37,723 nucleotides of DNA from NCBI GenBank assembly GCA_030390025.1, contig JASTWF010000367.1, forward strand, positions 434,001-471,723. Reading direction: 5' to 3'. The translations under genes and the position numbers were made by a program. The stretch comes from Squalus acanthias. Lineage: Eukaryota. Every line of letters begins with the position of its first letter. The stretch's first letter is position 1. Of this stretch, positions 11,586-22,931 are shown piece after piece. The notes under the pieces were generated by a model that worked only from the letters and a program-made list of their open reading frames with translations, searched no databases and had not been told where the DNA came from.

Positions 11586-12448
11586 GAGATTTGCCAAAAT
11601 TCCCGGGGCCCTGCCACCTTATGGTAATTTGAGTAATTAATTTTAATATAAAGATCATTAATTGGTTTCCTCCTGTCTGTGTGAAAGGTAGTTTCAGCCT
11701 GAAACCGATTTCCGTCTAAAACATTACTGAAGTTTGTTTCTCTTTAAAGGGATCGGTCTGTCTGATTTTTCGGCAACTTTGACAATAACCGCCTCATTAA
11801 CAAGTATTTATTTCAGCATAAACACAAGTCCCGGCTCCGTTCTCTAACCTAATTCACAGGCGTTCCTGAATGAGTTAAACAATCATTTATCGGTTAAAAA
11901 GCATTTCATTATTACAATTAATCGGGGAGTAGTTTTATATCCGAAGTTGCTCCGATCGAGTGACGGCGTCGCCTTCAGACCGGCCTCAGGTAACCAGAGG
12001 CTGATTTTCCAGGTGCTCGGCACAGAGCGATAATCGGCCAGTGCGAAAGTGTTAACCCTTTACTGAGCTGAACTGTATGTTGGGTCTGAACTGCTGGTCC
12101 CGCCTTTGATCAGTTTAATAAAACTGTGCTGGACACCAAACGGTTCAGTGAGTAAAAGTCCGCACTGAGTTCCCAGGACCAGGTTCCCAGCCCTGTTTAC
12201 TGAACTGCAAATTCTAACATGGGAAGGAGGCGCCGCTGGACTTGGCTGGGTTAAAGCCACAGTGTTCGTGTTCCTGTGTTCTGTCCTGCAACCGCTTTAA
12301 ACTGTGTCTGTGGTGAGACTGGTGGAGACCAGGAGTGAGATTAACCCTGAAATCCCCGGTGTAAAATGGATTGTCCTCAGTCACAGTCTGAGCCCTCACT
12401 CACAGAATAGCCGTAACCCTGGACAACATATCAGACCGCGCGTAATAC

Positions 12449-12890
12449 GCTTTAGAGAGTAAGGGTAAAGGGAGAAATCGAAAAATAAAACACAAAAATG
12501 AAGCTTAGACGCTACATTAACCTTACCTTGATCCCGCAAGGATTTTCTGTCTCTATTTCCGTGTAGGTTTTTGCGAGTTATATCCTTGTTGTCTCATTAC
12601 AACCAATCAGGTAGATACTCCTTGTTTTATTTTAGCAAGTCACAAATTGTGAATTTGACCTGATCTTTGTTCTGTGAGACTCAGAGCTCCGCCCTCTGTG
12701 TCAAAGCAGCTGCCCGCCCGCCCTCAGGGTGGATTTCAACTCAAACATTCCTCATTTGTTTCAGAACAGGGAGCGGCCAGTATAACCAAATCAAATCGAA
12801 GCGGTTTGACAATTCGCTGCCGCTTCACCTGTGAACAAAGTTAGTGATAAAATTTCATCCCTTCTTGTTCCTGGGAAGTTCAGTAAAACC
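12449..12890 (-). promoter_or_regulatory. Module M copy 2 (diverged paralog within unit 1)
   Basis: Alignable to 11150-11585. Keeps the donor (GT 12526-12525), CCAAT (12603), GC boxes, the acceptor and TTCCTGGGAA (12868-12877). Confidence 0.45.
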
Positions 12891-13682
12891 GATACATGGT
12901 TAGAAATAAATTGTTACATTTCCATCTGGGACATTGTTTGCTAAAATTCCCATCGATTTTCTGAAGTTTGGGCTTTGAGAACAGAATCACAGAGCCAGTA
13001 TCTTGTCAGTGAGCTGAGGGGAGGTTGTTTCTGTACGTGAGGACATTAACCATTTAACGCCGAATTGAACTGTCCCTGAGCATCAATCGGCTCAGCTACT
13101 GGGAGAGTGAGTCCTGACTTTCCACAGTTACATTTATCATAGTGAATCTGCAGCAGATACGCCCATTACATTGTTAGACACAGAAAGGACCATTCCTCTC
13201 CTGTAGTCGTTATCAAGGTTGGAGTCTCCTCATTTTCAGGGTGGGTCTCAGACAGTAAAAAATATCCCCACCCCGGGATGGAATTGCCTGAAGAGAGAAA
13301 CTGTTTGAGGACACAGTGTGGTGATAATTCCGAAGGGAGGATTGCGGTTTATTATTTATCTTTCTCATTTCTCCTCTGTTTTTAACCAGGATTAAGGATT
13401 CACTCCGGCCGGAAGCGCAGCCGGAAGAGTCGGCCCCAAACATCGCCCGATATTTGTCTTCCTGTGAACACCCCCGCCATATATCTTCCCTTTATTGCTA
13501 ATTAATATCTATCGTTAGTTTAAGCTGGAGTCTTTATATTATAACGAAACATTCATATGAACAAGTTCATCTCAGTAAATTCACTGTTAAATGAACAGGG
13601 CGGGTAATTGCGGCGTTTCAAATGATAGAAGTGCCGAAAGTGCAGATACAGAGAGCGATTTCCCCTGGTGGGAGATTCCAGA

Positions 13683-14572
13683 TTCACAGTGTATCAGGAT
13701 CCTGGCAGGTGTGTATGGGGTTTCACAGTGTATCAGGATGCTGCCAGGTGTGTATGGGGTTTCACCGTGTATCAGGATCCTGCCAGGTGTGTAGTGGGGT
13801 TTCGCAGTGTATCAGGATCCTGCCAGGTGTGTGTGGGGTTTCACAGTGTATCAGAATCCTGCCAGGGTGTATGGGGTTTCACAGTGTATCAGGATCCTGC
13901 CAGGGGTATATTGGGGTTTCGCAGTTTATCAGGATCCTGCCAGGGGTGTTTGTGGTTTCACAGTGTATCGGGGTCCTGCCAGGTGTGTATGGTGTTTCAC
14001 AGTGAATCAGGATCCTGCCAGGTGTGTATGGGGTTTCACAGTGTATCAGGTTACTGCCAGGTGTGTATGGGGTTTCACAGTATATCAGGATCCTGCCAGG
14101 TGTGTATGGGGTTTTCACAGTGTATCAGGATCCTGCCAGTTGTGTAAGGGGTATCGCCGTGTATCAGGATACTGCCAGGTGTGCATGGGGTTTCACAGTG
14201 TTTCAGGATCCTGACAGGTGTGTATGGTGTTTCACAGTGCATCAGGATCCTGCCAGGTGTGTATGGAGTTTCACAGTGTATGGCGATCCTGCCAGTTGTG
14301 TATGGGATTTCACAGTGTATCAGTATTCTGCCGGGTGTGTATGGGGTTTCACAGTGTAACACGATCCTGGCTGGTGTGTATGGGGTACCACAGTGCATCA
14401 GGATCCTGCCAGGTGTGTATTGGTTATCATAGTGTATCAGGATCCTGCCAGGTGTGTATTAGTTATCATAGTGCATCAGGATCCTGCCAGGTGTGTATTG
14501 GTTATCATAGTGCATCAGTATCCTGCCAGATGTGTATTGGGTTTTACAATGTATCAGGATCCTGCCAGGTGC
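13683..14572. repeat. 39-bp satellite, second array of unit 1 (~23 copies)
   Basis: Same consensus and orientation as 9267-11135. Confidence 0.95.
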
Positions 14573-14875
14573 GTGTGCGGCAATACCGCCAATTTTCTCA
14601 CACAGTGCAGGGCAAATCCAACGTTATTCCTGAGGTAGAGTATCCTCTGCAGGGAATATTGAAGTGGTGGTGACCATTGATGAATGTAATGATTTTGCAA
14701 TCTGTTTTCCAGTCCAGCAGCGTTGTAATATTTTTTTATTGACATATTTGTGTTTATTATTTTTGCTTGGTTAAATGTTAACATTAAAATACGATATTTT
14801 ATGAATATTATATCTATCCACATACACAATATATACTTGGGAATGGTACCTCGGATTTCTGTGGTTAGTGACTTC

Positions 14876-15969
14876 GAGTCATAGAGTCATAGATTAATAG
14901 ATTCATAACGGCAATGTAGAAGGCCTTTCGGCCCATCGAGTCCGCGCCGGCTCTCTGTAGAGAAATCCAATCAGTCCCTTTCCCACTCTATCCACGTAGC
15001 TCTGTACGTTTATTTCCCTCAAGTGACTATCCAGTGTCCCCTTGAAAACATTGAGTGTCTCCACTTCCACCACTTCCATCGGCCGCGAATTCCAGGTCAT
15101 CACCATTCGCTGCATCAAAACGTTTTTCCTCACATCACCCCGGTATCTCATGCCCAACACCTTAAATCTGTGTCCCCTAGTCCTTGTGCCGTCAACTAGT
15201 GGGAACAGCCTTTCCCCGTCTAGCCTGTCAAAACCAGACATAATATTGTACACCTCTATCAAATCACCCCTCAAACTCCGTTGCACTAATGAGAACAATC
15301 CATCTTCTCCAACCTTTCATTGTACCTAAGATCCCCCATCCCCGGAAGCATTCTGGTAAATCTGCTCTGCACCCTCTCAAGGGCCGGCACATTCTTCCTG
15401 AACTGTGTTGACCAGAACTGGATGCAATACTCCAGTTGTGGCCTAACCAGCGCGTTGTAAAAATTTTAGCATAACTTCTCTACTTTTGTACTCAATATCT
15501 CTATTTATGCAGCCCAAGATCACATATGCTTTGCTAACCACTCTCTCAATATGTCCTGCCACCTTCAGTGAACAAAGCACATTAACCCCAAAGTCCCTCT
15601 TTCCCTGCACACTCTTTAAAACTGTGCCATTAAGTGTATATTGCCTTTCCCTGTTCCATCTGCCCAAATGCATCACCTCACACTTCTCTGTATTCATTTC
15701 CATCTGTCACTTGTCTGTCCATGCTGCTAACCCTTCTATGTCCCGCTGCAGTCGATTGGTATCATTATCACTGTTTGCAATACCCCCACGTTTGTAGTCA
15801 TCGGCAAATTTAGAAATTATTCTCTGTATTTCAATATCCAAGTAATTTATATGTATCAAATAAAGCAGTGACCGGAGCACTGACCCTTGGGGAACACCAT
15901 TGTCTACTATCCTCCAGTCTGGACAATAGCCATTTACCACAACTCGCTGTTTTCTCTCCTTAATCCAAT
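14876..15969 (-). mobile_element. CR1-B 3' fragment (unit 1 copy)
   Basis: Minus-strand ORFs contain GVPQGS, ISKFADD, KCEVMH and LRGDLIEVY. The 8-bp tail (GAGTCATA)n on + starts at 14876. Confidence 0.93.
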
Positions 15970-16115
15970 GTGCACTGGGGATGCTCTAACCCGCAGGGCT
16001 ACTGACCAAGGCTGGGAAGTGGGATTAGGCTGGATTGTTCTTTGTTGGCCAGCGGGGATACGATGGGCCGAAATGGCCTCCTTCCATGCTGTAACTTTCT
16101 ATGATTCTATTCTAT
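15968..16115 (+). mobile_element. Residual 3' tail of CR1-C (unit 1 copy)
   Basis: Matches 32137-32286, including the gggccgaaatggcct stem-loop and the ttctatgattctat tail. Confidence 0.88.
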
Positions 16116-16349
16116 TATATATGGGTAATTAAAGTCCCCCAATATCACCACACAAAGAGTTCTTGCATATATCTCTGATTGCCCTGCAGATTTGCTCCTC
16201 TACCTCCCTCTCACTATTTGGAGGCCGAAAGAATACCTATAATAGCGTGATCATACCCTTTTTGCTGCTCAACTTTAACCGAATGGATTCTGTTCTTGTC
16301 CCCTCAAGAAAATTTTCCCTTTCCGAAACTACAATGTCTTACTTAATCA

Positions 16350-17705
16350 CTCTACACCAATATCCCCCACAATGACGGCATCGCTGCGACAGCCTCAGTA
16401 CTCAACACCAACAACAGCCAATCTCCGGACGCCATCCTACAACTCATCCGCTTCATCCTTGACCACAATGTCTTCACCTTCGACAACCATTTTTTTACCC
16501 AAACACACGGAACAGCCATGGGGACCAAATTCGCACCCCAATACGCCAACATCTTCATGCACAAGTTCGAGCAAGACTTCTTCGCTGCACAGAACCTCCA
16601 ACCAACGCTGTACACCAGATACATCGACGACATCTTCTTCCTTTGGACCCACGGCGAAGGATCACTGAAAGGATTACACGATAGCATCAACAGGTTCCAT
16701 CCCACCATCAAACTCACCATGGACTACTCCTCAGAATCGGTTTCATTCTTGGACACACGAATCTCCATCAAAGACGGACGCCTCAGCACTTCACTCTACC
16801 GCAAGCCCACGGACAACCTCACGATGCTCCACTTCTCCAGCTTCCACCCTAACCCGCTTAAAGAAGCCATCCCCTATGGACAAGCCCTGCGAATACACAG
16901 GATCTGCTCAGACGAGGAGGAACGCGATGGACACCTACGGACACTGAAAGACGCCCTCGTAAGAACGGGATATGACGCTCGACTCGTCGATCGACAGTTC
17001 CGACGGGCCACAGCAAAAAACCGCATAGACCTCCTCAGAAGACGAACACGGGACACAACCAACAGAGTACCCTACATCGTCCAGTACTTCCCCGGAGCGG
17101 AAAAACTACTCCATGTTCTTCGCAGCCTTCAACATGTCATCGATGACGACGAACACCTTGCTAAGGCCATCCCCACGCCTCCACTACTCGCCTTCAAGCA
17201 GCCGCCAAACCTCAAAAGTACCATCGTTTGCAGCAGATTACCCATCTTTCAGGAGAACAGCAACCAAGACACCACACAACCCTGCCACGGCAACCTCTGC
17301 AAGACATGCCAAATCATGGACACAGATACCATCATCACACGTGAGGACACTACCCACCAGGTACACGGTACATACTCATGTGACTCGGCCAACGTTGTCT
17401 ACCTGATACGTTGCAGTAAAGGATGCTCCAGAGCATGGTACATCGGCGAGACCATGCAGACACTGAGACAACGTATGAACGGACACCGCGCAACAATCGC
17501 CAGGCAGGAGGGTTCCCTCCCAGTCGGGGAACACTTCAGCAGCCAGGGGCATTCAGCATCGGATCTGCGGGTAAGCGTTCCCCAGGGCGGCCTTCGGGAT
17601 ACACGACAGCGCAAAATCATAGAGCAGAAACTGATAGTCAAGTTCTGCACTCATGAGGATGGCCTCAATCGCGATATCGGGTTCATGTCACGATACAGAA
17701 CGTGA
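16350..17705 (+). CDS. Penelope-like RT (C-terminal half) + Cys-rich linker + GIY-YIG endonuclease, 5'-truncated but uninterrupted
   Basis: The frame is open from LYTNIP (16350) through GTAMG, YANIFM, RYIDDIF, FLD, LYRKPT, QPCHGNLCKTC, NVVYLIRC..WYIGET..QRMNGHR..VGEHF to the stop at 17705. The ORF track starts it at internal ATG 16518. Confidence 0.9.
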   Translation, partial: LYTNIPHNDGIAATASVLNTNNSQSPDAILQLIRFILDHNVFTFDNHFFTQTHGTAMGTKFAPQYANIFMHKFEQDFFAAQNLQPTLYTRYIDDIFFLWTHGEGSLKGLHDSINRFHPTIKLTMDYSSESVSFLDTRISIKDGRLSTSLYRKPTDNLTMLHFSSFHPNPLKEAIPYGQALRIHRICSDEEERDGHLRTLKDALVRTGYDARLVDRQFRRATAKNRIDLLRRRTRDTTNRVPYIVQYFPGAEKLLHVLRSLQHVIDDDEHLAKAIPTPPLLAFKQPPNLKSTIVCSRLPIFQENSNQDTTQPCHGNLCKTCQIMDTDTIITREDTTHQVHGTYSCDSANVVYLIRCSKGCSRAWYIGETMQTLRQRMNGHRATIARQEGSLPVGEHFSSQGHSASDLRVSVPQGGLRDTRQRKIIEQKLIVKFCTHEDGLNRDIGFMSRYRT

Positions 17706-17921
17706 TTTGACATCATGGCCGGTCTTCCCAGGTGTTTTTTTTTTAAAAAGACTAACACAAATTGACAGGATATGCAGCCAGCAAGTGGTTTGACACGTTG
17801 GACCACCTGGGACACATCTCATTGTCTTGGCTGTGCTCTTAGTGTGTCTTTGATGTAGGGAAATATTTGAATAGATTTTGTCTGTGTTTAAATTGTGAAT
17901 TCTGGGAGATTCTCTCACTGC

Positions 17922-17968
17922 TAACTTACCTGAGGAAGGAGCGACAGCTCCGAAAGCTTGTAAAATTA
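17922..17968 (+). ncRNA. Minimal type I hammerhead ribozyme in the Penelope 3' repeat
   Basis: Stem I UUAC (17926-29) / GUAA (17960-63); core CUGAGGA (17930-36); stem II GGAGC-GACA-GCUCC (17938-51); GAAA (17952-55); palindromic AAGCUU in place of stem III. Confidence 0.85.
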
Positions 17969-18611
17969 AATAAATCTGTTGGACTATAAACTGGTGTTGT
18001 GCGACTTCTCATTTTTACTTAATCAGCACTCTCATCCCACCTCCCATTTTTCCTTCCCTATCTTTTCTGAGCAACTTGTCCGTGTGTTCATAGAGATGTT
18101 TCCTGATTGGTGCTTCTAATTGAATATATTGATCATATCTCTCATGGTGTCAGCAACTGACTATTGAAAAAGGGGGTGAGGACATTTACTAATGTTGCAT
18201 CATTATTAACACTAATGTATAATGTACTGAATGATGTAACGTTAAACAGTGAGCTGCAGCAGAGCATTTATGTTTTGATTATCTTCGTGGTCTTACAACC
18301 TCAGAAATCGCCATAAATATACAATTCGTAGATTTGCCTTCTGTTTCACAATCACAATTCTCCACTCGTTTGCGTGTCTCGCTGTGTCTGTGTACACGCA
18401 CGACTGTCCAATCCAACGATCAGTCAGCGTCATTTCCTTTCCCCACTGAGGAAAAGTACAATTGATTTTGTCTCGGATCTGTAATTTCTCCAAACTATAG
18501 TTGAATTGTTTCTCTGTCATTATTTTATAAACAATTTTGAGACTTTGAAAAATGCAGTTACCTGTTGTTTTAATCATAGTGACAGTAAAATAATAAATAC
18601 ACAACAAACAT

Positions 18612-21600
18612 TTGCCACAGCACCACACCCCACTGACCCAGCCCCACACCCCACTGACCAAGTCCCACACCCCACTGACCCAGCCCCACACCCCACTGAC
18701 ACAGCCCCACACCCCACTGACACAGCACCACACCCCACTGACCCAGCCCCACAGCCCACTGAGCCAGCCTCACAGCCCCTGTGACCCAGTCCCACACCCC
18801 ACTGACCCAGCCCCACACCCCACTGACCCAGCCCCACATCCGTCAGACCCAGACCCACATCCCACTGACCCAGCCCCACACCCCACAGACCCAGCCCCAC
18901 ACCCCACTAACTCAGCCCCACACCACACTGACCCAGCAACACACCCCACTGACCCAGCCCCACACCACACTGACCCAGCCCCACACCCCACTGACCAATC
19001 CCCACACCCCACTGACCCAGCCCAACACCCCACTGACCCATCCCCACACCCCACTGACACAGCCCCGCACACCACTGACCCAGCCCCACACCCCACTGAC
19101 ACAGCCCTACTCCACACTGACCCAGCCCCACACCCCATTGACCCAGCCCCACTCCCCACTGACCCAGCCCTACTCCAAACTGACCCAGCCCCACACCCCA
19201 CTGACCCAGCCCCGCTCCCCACTGACCCAGCCCCACACCCCACTGACCCAGCCCCACACTCCACTGACACAGCCCCACTCCCCACTGAACCAGCCCCACT
19301 CCACACTGACCCAGCCCCACTCCACACTGACCCAACCCCACACCCCACTGACCCAGCCCCACACCCCACTGACACAGCCCCACACCCCACTGACCCAGCC
19401 CCACTCCACACTGACCCATCCCTACACCCCACCGACCCAGCCTCACAACCCACTGACACAGCCCCTACACCTCACTGACTCATCCCCACACCCCAATGAA
19501 AGAGCCCCACACCACACTTACCCAATCACAAACCGCACTTACCCAGCCCCACATCAAACTGACCCCGCCCCACAATCCACTGACCCAGCCCCACAACACA
19601 CTGACCCAGCCCCACACCCCAACGACATTGCCCCGCAACCAACTGACACAGCCCCACACACCACTGACCCAGCCCCGCACCCCATAACACAGCCCGACAC
19701 CCCACTGACCCAATCCCACACCCGACTGCCGCAGCCCCACACCCCACTGTCGCAGCCCCACACCCCACTGACCCAGCCCCACACCCCACTGACCCAGCCC
19801 CACCCCCCACTGACCCAATCCCACACCTCACTGACGCAGCCCCACAACCCACTGACGCAGCCCCACTCCACACTGACCCAACCCCACACCCCACTGACCC
19901 AGCCCCACACCCCACTGACACAGCCCCACACCCCACTGACCCAGCCCCACTCCACACTGACCCATCCCTACACCCCACCGACCCAGCCTCACAACCCACT
20001 GACACAGCCCTACACCTCACTGACTCATCCCCACACCCCAATGAAAGAGCCCCACACCACACTTACCCAATCACAAACCGCACTTACCCAGCCCCACATC
20101 AAACTGACCCCGCCCCACAATCCACTGACCCAGCCCCACACCACACTGACCCAGCCCCACACCCCAACGACATTGCCCCGCAACCAACTGACACAGCCCC
20201 ACACACCACTGACCCAGCCCCGCACCCCATAACACAGCCCGACACCCCACTGACCCAATCCCACACCCGACTGCCGCAGCCCCACACCCCACTGTCGCAG
20301 CCCCACACCCCACTGACCCAGCCCCACACCCCACTGACCCAGCCCCACCCCCCACTGACCCAATCCCACACCGCACTGACGCAGCCCCACAACCCACTGA
20401 CGCAGCCCCACACCCCACTGACCCAGCCCCACACCCCACTGACCCAGCCCCACACCCCACTGACCAAGCTCCACACCCCACTGACCCATACACGCATCCC
20501 ACTGACCTAGCCCCACAACACACTGACAGAGCCCCGCACCACACTGACCCAGCCCCACACAACACTGACCCAGCACCACACCCCAATGACGCAGCCACAC
20601 ACCACACTGACCCAGACCCACACCCCACTGACAAAGCCCCACACCGCACTGACCCAGCCCCACACCCCACTGACCCAGCCCCACACCCCACTGACCCAGC
20701 CCCACACACTACTGACACAGCCCCGCACCCCACTAAACCAGCCCCACGCCCACTGACCCAGCCTCACCCCGCACTGACCCAGCACCGCACCCCAATGACC
20801 CAATCCGAAACCCCACTGACCCAGCCCCACACCACACTGACCCAGTCCCGCAAACCCACTGACCCAGCCCCACACCCCACTTACCCAATCACAAACCACA
20901 CTTACCCAGCCCCACATCAAACTGACGCTGCCCCGAAAACCCACTTACCCCGCCCCACAATCCACTGACCCAGCCCCGCACCCCACGGACCCAGCCCCAC
21001 ACCCCACTGACCCAGCCCCACACCACAACGACATTGCCCCGCAACCAACTGAAACAGCACCTCACCCCACTTGCCCAGCCTACACCCCACTGACCCAGCC
21101 CCACACCCCACTGACCCAACCCCACACCCCACTGACCTAGCCCCACACCCAACTGACTCAGCCACACACACTACTGACAGAGCCCCACACACCACTGAGC
21201 CAGCCCCACACCCCACTGAAACAGAACCACAACCGCTGACAATGCCCCGCACCCCACTGACCCAGCCCCACACACCACTGACCCATCGCCGTACAACTAC
21301 TGTACAAGCCCCACAATCTTCTGACAAAGCCTCGCACAACACTGACCCAGACACAAACCCCACTGACTCAGCCCCACACCGCATTGATACAGCCCCACAT
21401 CCCACTCACCCAGCCCCACACGCACTGATTCAGCTTCACACCGCATTGACACAGCCCCACACCCCACTGACCAGCTCCTCACCCCACTGACACAGCCCCA
21501 CACCCCACTGACCCAGCCCCACAACCCATTGACCCAGCCCCACACCCCACTGACCAAATCCTCAACCCACTGACACAGCCCCACACCCCACTGACGCAGC

Positions 21601-22931
21601 CCCACAACCCACTGACCCAGCCCCGCACCCCACTGACCCAGCCCCACACCCCACTGACCCAGCCCCGCACCCCACTGAGCAGCCCCGCACCCCACTGACC
21701 CAGCCACACACACCGTTGCCCAGCCCCATAACCCACAGACTCAGCCGCACATCCCACTGACCCAGCTCCACACCCCACTGACCCAGCCCAATACCTCACT
21801 TACCCAGCGCCACACTCCACTGACCCAGCCCCACACCCCACTGACCCAGCCCCACACCACACTGATCCAGCCCCACACCCCACTGACCTAGCCCCATACC
21901 CCACTGACCCAGCCCCACACCCAACTGACCCAGTCCCGCACCCCACTGACACAGCCCCGCACCCCACTGAGCAGCCACGCACCCCACTGACCCAGCCACT
22001 CACACCACTGACCCATTCCCGTACCACTACAGAACAAGCCCCACACTCTTCTGACCCAGCCTCCCACAACACTGACCCAGCCGCACACCCTACTGACTCA
22101 GCCCCACACCACATTAAACCAGCCTCACACCCCACTGACCCAGGTCCGCACCCCCACAGACACAGCCCAGCACCTGACTGACCCAGCACAACACCCCACT
22201 GACCCGCCCCGCTCCCCACTGACCCAGCCCCGCACCCCACTGAGCAGCCCAGCACCCCACTTTCCAAGCCACACAAACCAGTGACCCTTCCCCATACCCC
22301 ACAGACTCAGCCCGACACCCAACTGACCCAGACGCATACCACACTGACCCAGCCTCACCTCCACTGACCAAGCCCCATACCCCACTGACCCATCCCCACA
22401 TGCAACTTTCGCAGACCCACACACCACTGTTTCAGCCCCACAACCCACTGACACAGCCTAACACCCCACTGACCAAGGCCCACACACCACTGACCCAGCC
22501 CCACAGTCCACTGACCCAGCTCCACACCCCACTGGCCCAGCCCATACCTGACTAACCCAGCCCCACACCCCACTGACCCAGCCCCGCACCCCACTGAACC
22601 AGCCCCGCACCCCACTGAGCAGCCCCGCACCCCACTGACCCAGCCACACACACCACTGTCCCAGCCACATACCCCACAGACCCAGCCCCGCAACCCACTG
22701 ACCCAGCCCCACACACCACAAACCCAGCCCAGCACCCCACTGACCCAGCCCCACACACCACTGACCCATCCCCGTACCACTACTGAACAAGCCCCACACT
22801 CTTCTGACCCAGCCTCCCACAACACTGACCCAGACGCACACCCCACTGACCAAGCCCCACACCCCACTGAGCCAGCCCCGCACCCCACTGACCAAGCCCC
22901 ACACAAGACAGGCCCAGCCCCACACCCCACT
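18612..22931. repeat. 21-bp minisatellite, unit-2 array (~200 monomers)
   Basis: Same consensus. Contains an internal 545-bp duplication. Confidence 0.95.

Larger units (their letters stand above)
16350..18014 (+). mobile_element. Penelope-like retroelement (probably Neptune-type), 5'-truncated, with 11-bp TSD
   Basis: RT + GIY-YIG ORF, 3' hammerhead, AATAAA (17969-17974). TSD TTACTTAATCA at 16339-16349 and 18015-18025. The empty site is at 32507-32517. Confidence 0.93.
16116..18080 (-). mobile_element. CR1-B endonuclease-region fragment (unit 1), split by the Penelope insertion
   Basis: The minus strand reads RKDREG...FRPPNSEREVEEQIC...ILGDFNYP. It is colinear with 32287-32570 once 16350-18025 is removed. 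Confidence 0.8.

Noticed and set aside
11135..13682. Ig/TCR gene segments with genuine RSSs in the unique core (CACAGTG at ~12258 and ~13312; GGTTTTTGC at ~12566)
   Set aside because: No heptamer-nonamer pair at 12 or 23 spacing, and no V-domain or FGxG/WGxG J motif found.
9267..14572. CRISPR-like appearance of a palindromic ~39-bp repeat
   Set aside because: The monomers are head-to-tail with no unique spacers, there are no cas genes, and the context is a vertebrate LINE landscape.
14903..16132. Antisense ORFs over CR1 sequence (e.g. 15042-15329, 15486-15797; also 34115-34615, 34888-35217)
   Set aside because: Shadow frames of LINE coding sequence with no independent evidence.
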